Shown here piece by piece: positions 46,136 through 53,628 of a stretch of DNA of 53,628 nucleotides; within the stretch, counting starts at the first letter, position 1; each line of letters begins with the position of its first letter. The notes beneath the pieces are model-generated. The model was not told where the DNA came from, did not search any database, and saw only the letters and a list, made by a program, of their open reading frames with translations. Made by a program: the position numbers and the translations under genes. The DNA lies in the IMG/VR virus record IMGVR_UViG_3300031974_003381, positions 1-53,628 of that record; one strand, given 5' to 3'. This DNA comes from a virus. Lineage: Duplodnaviria; Caudoviricetes.

Positions 46136-49100
46136 TCATTGGTTCCGCTGCAACGCAAAGAGTTGAGCACGCAGTGAATTGATCTGGCTCTGCTGTTCCT
46201 TCATGCCTTCGATCAACAGCCCTATCAGCTGGTTGTAATCGACCGCCTTGTACGTTTCGCCGCTATTCAGCTGCTCCATCTCACGCACAGCGCTGGGCAT
46301 AACCTGCTCAACATTCTGCGCAATGACGCCCGCTGACTTGCGATTGTCTCTGCGGTACTTAAACTTGACGCCGGTCAACGACATCACCTTTTCCAGAGCA
46401 AACGGGATTGGCTCGATCGCGTGCTTTAACCGCTCATCAGATGCCACCGTTGTTGAGAATGCCACGACGTCCGCATCTGCGTGGAACGTACCGCCTGCAG
46501 CAAAACGAAACTCCTCGACGTTTGCAAGGAACACGCTGACCTGACCGCTGGTGCCAAAGTCAATGTACTCTGTGGTGCTGCTGCGCCCCACCTCAAGCGC
46601 CGTGTTGTAAACGCTGGTGACGCCAGTCAGGCTGCCGCTCACCGATCCCCCCAGTGTCAGGTTGCCGCTGGTTGTTACCGTGCCGCTAAGTGTCAGACCA
46701 TTGACCGTACCCGTGCCGCCGACGGATGTGACCGTGCCGGTGTTGGTGGTGTAGCCACTGTCGTTCGTCCACTGGCTGATGTTGCCTGATTTATTGGTCA
46801 GCGTGTCTGTGCTGCTGGCGGTGATGTACGCGCCCAGATCACTGATTTGGCTTTCTGTTATAGACAGCGCCGCTTGGTGCTGGGTGACGTTGCTTTGTGC
46901 AATCCGTGCGTCAGCAAACGTGCCGGTCGTAATGTTGCTGGTATCCGCGGCCAATGTGCCGCCAAGGGTGAGGGATCCTGATGTTGTGACCGTTCCAGAC
47001 AGGGATATGCCAGACACTGTCCCCGTACCCGAAACACTGGTCACCGTACCACTGCCGCCGCCACCGCCGTCGTTTGACTTTTCCCAATCAGCAGAACTAG
47101 CTGTGCCAACAGCGATGTAGGCGTCGTCATTTGTCGTGTCGATATAGATGTCACCGAGCGCTGTTGGCGTTGTGCTGGGCACACCCGCGCCACTCGTCAC
47201 AGCGCTGTACGTCCCAAGATCGCTGATCTGGCTTTCGGTGATTGACAGTGCCGCCTGATGCTGCGTCACGCTGCCTTGCGTGATGTTAGCGTTAGGCACG
47301 TTCGCCCATGTCACTGCTGCTGTCAGATCATTTGTTTCGGTAAAGCTTGTGAGGTATCCCGCCGCCGCGTGATCCCCCCACCCAAACGCGGTGTTCCAGT
47401 TAGCGCTATTGTCTGTGACTATAGAGTATGAGCCTGCCGTTGCACCACGCCGCATCAGACCCTGCGATGCAAAGTCTGCATCAACCACCACGTCAGCGTG
47501 GCTTGTCTCGCTGGTCAGGTAGCCACTGTCATTAGTCCATTGAGAGATGTTACCCGATTTGTTTGTCAGCGTTGCTGTGCTGCTCGCCGTGATATAACCG
47601 CTGTCGTTTGTAAACGTGCTGACATTGGTGGGCTGCGTGTAGCTAATGACACCCGTGCCGCTATCATAGCTGAGTGAACCGCTGACGCTGATCGCCGCAC
47701 GCGCGCGAGCGTTGGTGAAATACAGATTGGTGCTACCCTCGGTAACCTCGTCCGTTGAGCCAGGCGAGGCGCTGATCTCTACATACTGTGTGCCAGACCA
47801 GCGGTAGGTTTTGTTGGCGCTGGTATCCACATAGATTTTGTCGGCCTCACCCGTTGCTGGGAAGTTGCCAGTGCCTGCCGCCTCTACAACATCATCAACA
47901 TATGACGGTAGCTTGCCTGCTGGTATAATTGGCAGTTGTGTAGTTGGCAAAAATCCACTGCCATCAAGAGATGCATAACCATTTGCTTGGCCTTTGTTGG
48001 CGCTATTCTCTGGTGTAAAACCAAGCGCTGCCAGCACATTGGTATTGTCTGTTACGTCTGCGCCAGTTTCGATACCATCCAGCTTGGTGCCGTCTGTTGC
48101 TACGTCACGCCCATCAAGCAATCCAGTTAAAGCAACGTCACCAGTAACGCTAATGCCTGTCGATGTTGTTGTTAGCTTTGCAACATTATTGTGCCGCAAG
48201 GTAACATTTGCGCCTTGAACAACCTGCACTCCAATCGTGCCGTCGGCACCACCAATGTTAACTTGCGTTGCTCCTTGTATCCAAAGGTTGCCGGTGCCGC
48301 CATCTCGAACAAAACTATTTGCGCCGTTGTGATATATGGACAAGTCGTTGTCCGTACCAATCAGCAATAGATCGTTGTCTAAAAACCGAACATTACCAGT
48401 CACGGTCCCGCCACTGGTAGGCAGGTATGTTCCCAGATCACTGATCTGGCTTTCCGTTATAGACAGCGCTGCTTGGTGCTGGGTAACACTAGACTGTGTA
48501 ATGTTGGCATCAGGCACATTGGCCCATGTCACAGCCGCTGTCAGATCGTTGGTCTCGGTGAAACTGGTGAGGTATGTACCAAAGTCACTGATGTCCGCTT
48601 CGACAAGCGCCCGCACTTCCGCCTGATTGCTCGCGTTACCAATAAAGACATTGCCGTTGTTTAGGTTCGGGACTGCGTTCGTTCGTCCTGCTCCTTGGAT
48701 CTTGATGCTGCCGGCTGCATTATCAACGCGAGTAACTTTCGCGATGTTTTGGAGGAGACTGCTTTGGCCGGTCGGCGGGGTGTTGACCAGTGCGCCAGGT
48801 GTCGTGCCGACATAGAGCGTATCGCCCAGCGTATAGCCGGATGTGTTGAGATTGCTGAGCGTGCCGAACGTGTAAATATTAACAGCCGTGTTGAGGCTGG
48901 CGTCTGCCGCGACGACACCGAACGCCGGCATTTTGTTTGCGTCATCTGCATCTGCTTTGCTAACCACGGTCGTGTTGCCGCTGATGCCGCTGATATAAAC
49001 GACCTCTCCTTTGGTCAATGCCTCACCGGCCTGAGCCTTGAACAGGACCGCACCACGCAGGTCGCCGATAAACTCCACAGCTTCAATGTTGGCCGTGCTG

Positions 49101-49612
49101 TCAACGTCACCAGTAAGCGATCCGCCCGTCAGTGGCAGGTAATCTCCAAAGTCGCTGATCTGGCTCTCAGTGATGCTGAGAGTGCCGCCAAGCGTCAGCG
49201 TCACATCAGTGGTGCCAGAGCCGCTCAACGTAATACCGCTGACCGTACCAGTGCCTGTCACCGACGTAACTGTACCAGTCCCGCCGCCCCCAGAGCCTGA
49301 CACGTCCGACAGCGTGAACCGGCTGTTCGTGTTGTCCCACGTAACGCTGTAACCCTGCTGCGCGCTGGTCGGTGCAGCTAAAGTCGATGACACATCAGCG
49401 CCCACAAGGTGTGCATCAACATAGCCGAGATCGACTAGCGATCGTGCGGTGAAGTTGGCACTGTAGTCGCCACCATACTGCACACCTGCTGTGCCCGCGG
49501 AGCCGGTAACCGTCAGCGTGTTGCTGCCCAGCGTCAGAGTGCGGTTGGCTGATAACGTGCCATTGGTATTGTAGATATTGGTATCGGCATCGGTTGCCTT
49601 GATGACAATCAT
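46136..49612 (-). CDS. Long tail fibre with C-terminal intramolecular chaperone (peptidase S74)
   Basis: 1158 aa of repeated fibre motifs. SDERLKHAIEPIPFALEKV...GVIAQNVEQVMP...VDYNQLIGLLIEGMKE is the S74 signature. Confidence 0.88.
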   Translation of the reverse strand: MIVIKATDADTNIYNTNGTLSANRTLTLGSNTLTVTGSAGTAGVQYGGDYSANFTARSLVDLGYVDAHLVGADVSSTLAAPTSAQQGYSVTWDNTNSRFTLSDVSGSGGGGTGTVTSVTGTGTVSGITLSGSGTTDVTLTLGGTLSITESQISDFGDYLPLTGGSLTGDVDSTANIEAVEFIGDLRGAVLFKAQAGEALTKGEVVYISGISGNTTVVSKADADDANKMPAFGVVAADASLNTAVNIYTFGTLSNLNTSGYTLGDTLYVGTTPGALVNTPPTGQSSLLQNIAKVTRVDNAAGSIKIQGAGRTNAVPNLNNGNVFIGNASNQAEVRALVEADISDFGTYLTSFTETNDLTAAVTWANVPDANITQSSVTQHQAALSITESQISDLGTYLPTSGGTVTGNVRFLDNDLLLIGTDNDLSIYHNGANSFVRDGGTGNLWIQGATQVNIGGADGTIGVQVVQGANVTLRHNNVAKLTTTSTGISVTGDVALTGLLDGRDVATDGTKLDGIETGADVTDNTNVLAALGFTPENSANKGQANGYASLDGSGFLPTTQLPIIPAGKLPSYVDDVVEAAGTGNFPATGEADKIYVDTSANKTYRWSGTQYVEISASPGSTDEVTEGSTNLYFTNARARAAISVSGSLSYDSGTGVISYTQPTNVSTFTNDSGYITASSTATLTNKSGNISQWTNDSGYLTSETSHADVVVDADFASQGLMRRGATAGSYSIVTDNSANWNTAFGWGDHAAAGYLTSFTETNDLTAAVTWANVPNANITQGSVTQHQAALSITESQISDLGTYSAVTSGAGVPSTTPTALGDIYIDTTNDDAYIAVGTASSADWEKSNDGGGGGSGTVTSVSGTGTVSGISLSGTVTTSGSLTLGGTLAADTSNITTGTFADARIAQSNVTQHQAALSITESQISDLGAYITASSTDTLTNKSGNISQWTNDSGYTTNTGTVTSVGGTGTVNGLTLSGTVTTSGNLTLGGSVSGSLTGVTSVYNTALEVGRSSTTEYIDFGTSGQVSVFLANVEEFRFAAGGTFHADADVVAFSTTVASDERLKHAIEPIPFALEKVMSLTGVKFKYRRDNRKSAGVIAQNVEQVMPSAVREMEQLNSGETYKAVDYNQLIGLLIEGMKEQQSQINSLRAQLFALQRNQ

Positions 49613-49980
49613 TTCGGCGTAGCCTCCGCTCCTGTGATCCGCCCCTCTGCGTCACGTGTTATAGTGACGTCATAGCCGGTGACCCGCTGCTCGATTGCTT
49701 GCTCGACTGCAGCCTGCACCTCACCCACGTCGAGTGTGGGCATCTCAGGGATTTCAACCTGTTCAGGGATTGCGCTAACAATAGCTTCCATGCGGCGCGT
49801 CATTTCATCCTGAAGCGCTGCCATCCTCTGCACCATCAGAGACGTTTGCTCGTCCAACTGTGTTCGAAGGTCTGCTTCGTCGAGGCCTACGTGTTGCACA
49901 GTGTATGTGACTTCCTTCATGCCTTTGGGCTGAACTGGTGCGGCTCGCGATCGGATCCGGTTTTCGTACAGGTCTCTCAT
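49609..49980 (-). CDS. Hypothetical protein
   Basis: 123 aa ending VTITRDAEGRITGAEATPK; coupled to both neighbours. Confidence 0.6.
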   Translation of the reverse strand: MRDLYENRIRSRAAPVQPKGMKEVTYTVQHVGLDEADLRTQLDEQTSLMVQRMAALQDEMTRRMEAIVSAIPEQVEIPEMPTLDVGEVQAAVEQAIEQRVTGYDVTITRDAEGRITGAEATPK

Positions 49981-52040
49981 CAGTTACCTTTCAAACAGTC
50001 CAGAAAATCTTCCGCATACATCTTGCGGTCCATGAAATCATCAAACACGTCACCAGCGTTGCGCGTTTCGCCATCAACGTCCACTTGCTTGGTACGCCAC
50101 TCATCCGCCTCCATCAGCTCATCGGCCTCGGTGTCGCGCGTAAATATGGTCTGCCCCTCTAGCGTCATGCCGGCAACGGTGGGGGCAATCTGATTGTACA
50201 GCTCGACAGGGTCGACGTTCGCTTCAGCCGCCATCGTAGTGATAATGCTAGCCCACGTGGTCGCGCTCTCCCGCACCTGCTCTGGCGATATGTCCGCACC
50301 CTTTTGTTCAGCTTCGACCGTAAAGATGCGCGACAGGTTTTCGATCATCGTTTGTTTGATGACCTCGGCGTTGAGCTTTTCCTCTCCGCTAATTCCCGCA
50401 CGCTCCTGCAGCTGGGCGACAACGTTAGCAATCTCCTCAACCATGATCGCTTCACGTTGGCTCATCGTCGACTGGCCAGGCGTGTTGGTTTTAGTGTTAC
50501 GCTGCAGTACAGTCAGATTGTCGCGCGCGGCCTCAAACAGCTGACCGGTTGGCACCTCAACCTCTAACCCAACGCCCGCCTTGGCATCTTCAATCTGTTG
50601 ATCGCTCAAGCCGAGCTTGCGCAGATAATCATCTGGATCGATCCCAGCCTGCTGCAGATCATTCACAATGCCATCAACGTCGACGACCGTTGTCTCCAGC
50701 GGCGTGTCCTTCGTTACATCCTCTACAAAACCCTCCGCCGCCGTCCGGTCGCGATCGTACGTTTTCATCTTCGACATATCGCGCAGATGATCGTACAGCG
50801 TCTGTCCTTCTGGTGTCAGCGTTGCTCGCATCCGTTCCTCGAACTTCTGCAGGCTGCGTTTCTCCATAGCCAGAACGGTAGCGTTGATCGGACCTGACGC
50901 TGCTAGGGTCGCCAGAGCAACATCGCGCCGGCGCGCGGGATCAACAATGGCACGAGCCCAATCCTCTATCGACTTGTCGCGATCTAAAAACGCCAAATCG
51001 ATAAATGCCTGCGCCTCTTCAGCGACTGCTTCCTCTACCTGTTCGACCGCCATGCTTTCGAGGAACCGGCGGGTCATGCTTTTGCCGCGCTGACTTTTGC
51101 CAAACAGCATTTCAAACGGCAGCCTGCTTGTCGCTGTCTCGACCGCGCCCATTCCATATGCACGCTGCAATGCGCTGTCGACCTCAAGTCCGGCTTCAAT
51201 GCCGTCCATGTAACTGTCGCCAGCAGTGGTAATACCAGCAACGATAGCGGCAGCCTTTGGACTTCTTGTGAGCGCGCCGACGGCAATAGCAGGCAACATG
51301 CTTGGGATTGAGCTATAACCCGAGTACAGTGCTGCAAGATTTGGGTTTTCGAACTGAGGCGTCAGATCTGCTGCTACCTGCCTGCGCATCAGTATTCGCA
51401 ATTCTGTTGGCGACAGTTCTCCCTCAGCTGGTCCGAAACGGACAAACGGCTCATACTCACCACCACCAATATAATATTGTGCAGCAGACTGCAGATTGTT
51501 GAGGCCTTGCTGCGCTGACCGCATCCCCAACGCCCACAAACCCTCTCCAGTGTTAACGCCGTTTATGAAGGGCACCGCACCGGCCGCCGCGCCAAAGCGC
51601 AACAGTTGCTCGCCGAAGTCGGGCGCATCTTTGATCCGAACTTCCATGCCTTCGAGGAGTGGCATCTCATCATTCGAAATAGCCCACTGATCCTGCCGCG
51701 CAAAATACTCTGCGGTGAATGGCGCCCTGTTCGGCATCTCTAGGACGTTTCGCGTCCGGTCGCTTTCATCTATCTGCTCACGTGCGGCAGAGACCATCGC
51801 AGGCGGAGCACCATACCGTCGAGCCAGCTCAAGGTCTTTCGCTACCGCATCGGGATCGCGTCGCTCCTGTTGCAAGTTATAAAACAGCTGCGCCTTTTGC
51901 TCTTCGTAACGACGCCGCCGATAGTCACCCTGCAGCTCATCACGCGTACGGTATGGGTTAGCGAACGCTTCTGCACTGCCGACGTCATCGTATAATGCGC
52001 CGACATCATCGTATTGCTCTAGCTCGTCCCACTCCATCAT
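49980..52040 (-). CDS. Internal virion (ejection) protein
   Basis: 686 aa, helical, with a Gly/Ala-rich amphipathic middle and 'E..EEAVAEEAQ' motif. Function is a positional inference. Confidence 0.65.
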   Translation of the reverse strand: MMEWDELEQYDDVGALYDDVGSAEAFANPYRTRDELQGDYRRRRYEEQKAQLFYNLQQERRDPDAVAKDLELARRYGAPPAMVSAAREQIDESDRTRNVLEMPNRAPFTAEYFARQDQWAISNDEMPLLEGMEVRIKDAPDFGEQLLRFGAAAGAVPFINGVNTGEGLWALGMRSAQQGLNNLQSAAQYYIGGGEYEPFVRFGPAEGELSPTELRILMRRQVAADLTPQFENPNLAALYSGYSSIPSMLPAIAVGALTRSPKAAAIVAGITTAGDSYMDGIEAGLEVDSALQRAYGMGAVETATSRLPFEMLFGKSQRGKSMTRRFLESMAVEQVEEAVAEEAQAFIDLAFLDRDKSIEDWARAIVDPARRRDVALATLAASGPINATVLAMEKRSLQKFEERMRATLTPEGQTLYDHLRDMSKMKTYDRDRTAAEGFVEDVTKDTPLETTVVDVDGIVNDLQQAGIDPDDYLRKLGLSDQQIEDAKAGVGLEVEVPTGQLFEAARDNLTVLQRNTKTNTPGQSTMSQREAIMVEEIANVVAQLQERAGISGEEKLNAEVIKQTMIENLSRIFTVEAEQKGADISPEQVRESATTWASIITTMAAEANVDPVELYNQIAPTVAGMTLEGQTIFTRDTEADELMEADEWRTKQVDVDGETRNAGDVFDDFMDRKMYAEDFLDCLKGN

Positions 52041-53628
52041 CGGTCCCGCGCGTCCGGCGCACTCGGCCGAGCAAAAAGTTCAGGGAAATGCGTGATTAGT
52101 GCTTGTGCTTGGAACTGTCTGTATTCGTCTGACGTGATTGGCTTGTCCGGTGCACTGTTATAGCGCTGTGCGATTAGGGAGTTGTAAAGACCCAAGGCCG
52201 CGGCCGATTTCCTGAACCGCGCCATCTCGGCGTCGTATTCTTTCCTTTCTGACGTCTTCAGATCGGTATAGCTTTCCCGTCCTTCGGGCAGATCAGGCAT
52301 TCGAGCACTGAAAATATCTCGACTTGCGCCAGGTATATTCCTAACTGTAGTTTCACTAATTGGTTCGTAGCCAGCCATTGGGAAGGCTTGATTGTACGTC
52401 ATGCCGGCCTGAACAGCCCTCATCAACCCTTCGTTTTGCTCGCCGGTGCCCGCCGTAAAGTTGAACCAACCCGTTTCTACCGTTATCTTTTGCGCCGGCG
52501 TCAACGCTGCCCACGCATCGAGCAGCGCACTACTCTCTCCCGCCTCAAGCGCACGGTTCCACGCTTCGGGCCCCTGCATGTATAGACCAGCCCGCCCAGT
52601 GGCCCTGTACTGCGCTTGCTCCAACAGGAAGACGCCCTGCATGTCTCTTCCCAACCGCTCCCTTGCGGCACGATCGGCCTCCGATACGTACCGCAGGAAG
52701 CGCACGTTTGCTTCATGATACCCGCGCAAGCGCCGCTCATAGATATCCCCCATCCCATCAAACGTGGATGCTGGAATGCTGTTCAGGTTTCCTGTGTTGT
52801 TGAAGATGTCCAGCCCCTCAAGGAACGAACGCTTCTGACCAGCGTTGACCTCTCTCTCGTGCAGTGTCTGAGCCTGCGCCACTCCCGTCTGCACTGCACG
52901 CCGAAGATCATCGTCCTGTATCTCGTCAGCCTCCCCAAGCATCTGATCCCAGTTCGTCCCATAGCGTGCCTCGTAATCAGCCACCGTGCGGAGTGCGGTC
53001 TGGTCGATGCGGATTTTCTCTGCGCGCTGTGTGTATTGATCTACCTGTTCTGGCGTCAGGAATTGCTTGTTGCTTTCTATGGCGCCTTGAGCAGTTTGCC
53101 AGTCATCGTTGTTAAGAGCCTGAATGACACTGTCTGAAGCACGCAATCCTTCTGCTCGTTGCAGCAGCCCTGCCGACTGTTGGCGCATTTCTGCAGCCTG
53201 CTCTGGGGGCAAGACACCTGTCGCCACGAAGCCGTTGATTGTGGCGTTCAGGTTCAGCATGGCATCCGTAACTTGCTGCATTGGCACAGTCGGGTCGGTG
53301 GCCAGCTGTTGGATAGTTGTTTCCAAATCAGTCAGGTCTGCCTTTGCCTGACCCAGCCGCTTCTCCCCAGCCAGCGCCATTGCCCGCAAGCCAAACTGGC
53401 CCTGCGTCTTTGACGCCTGAACCTCCCAGTTCCTGCGCGCAAAGGGCGATTGCATCTGCTCAGTGCGCTGGTTCATCAGCTCCTGTGAGCGCTCGGCAAA
53501 TACTGCCTCAACATCGTCACCACTTATGCTGGGATCCGACTTGATCTCCTGCATCAGCCCGCTCAGGTCTTGCTGGAACTGAACCTCACTCTTTGCCACC
53601 TCAGCCATCTGTCGCGCCTGACTGGTCT
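52037..53628 (-). CDS. Internal virion protein (T7 gp15-like position), probably 5'-truncated
   Basis: ORF 52037-53608; the frame stays open to the window end (TSQARQ-MAEV...). Gln/Ala-rich and helical. Confidence 0.6.
   Translation of the reverse strand, partial: TSQARQMAEVAKSEVQFQQDLSGLMQEIKSDPSISGDDVEAVFAERSQELMNQRTEQMQSPFARRNWEVQASKTQGQFGLRAMALAGEKRLGQAKADLTDLETTIQQLATDPTVPMQQVTDAMLNLNATINGFVATGVLPPEQAAEMRQQSAGLLQRAEGLRASDSVIQALNNDDWQTAQGAIESNKQFLTPEQVDQYTQRAEKIRIDQTALRTVADYEARYGTNWDQMLGEADEIQDDDLRRAVQTGVAQAQTLHEREVNAGQKRSFLEGLDIFNNTGNLNSIPASTFDGMGDIYERRLRGYHEANVRFLRYVSEADRAARERLGRDMQGVFLLEQAQYRATGRAGLYMQGPEAWNRALEAGESSALLDAWAALTPAQKITVETGWFNFTAGTGEQNEGLMRAVQAGMTYNQAFPMAGYEPISETTVRNIPGASRDIFSARMPDLPEGRESYTDLKTSERKEYDAEMARFRKSAAALGLYNSLIAQRYNSAPDKPITSDEYRQFQAQALITHFPELFARPSAPDARDR

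Noticed and set aside
46136-49612. Diversity-generating retroelement as in BPP-1
   Set aside because: No reverse transcriptase ORF, and the repeat copies differ at synonymous sites rather than specifically at adenines.
1-53628. tRNA or rRNA genes
   Set aside because: No cloverleaf with T-loop and D-loop consensus was seen in the few intergenic gaps; tRNAscan was not run.

Overview
The window is most of the genome of one tailed dsDNA phage with a podovirus-type gene set and no host genes. It is cut inside the virion-gene block at both ends: a tail tubular/adaptor gene at the left edge and an internal virion gene at the right edge. A long minus-strand block runs from an HTH regulator (14.3 kb) through a lambda-like replication module (HTH initiator with internal iterons, DnaB), terminases, portal, scaffold and major capsid. 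A plus-strand early block (14.4-21.5 kb) carries ERF, a YqaJ exonuclease, SSB, small genes behind repeated terminator-promoter-operator cassettes, and a Mom-like DNA-modification gene. A second minus-strand block (21.5-53.6 kb) holds internal virion proteins, a 3921-aa polyvalent protein with three ADP-ribosyltransferase-like domains, two fibre clusters, and a lysis cassette containing a lid-less Hsp70/DnaK coupled to a membrane-anchored endolysin. I found no integrase, CI-type repressor, tRNA or CRISPR array. The SSB and DnaK sequence style and apparent GANTC avoidance suggest an alphaproteobacterial host (inference). All family calls come from motif recognition by eye; no database searches were run.
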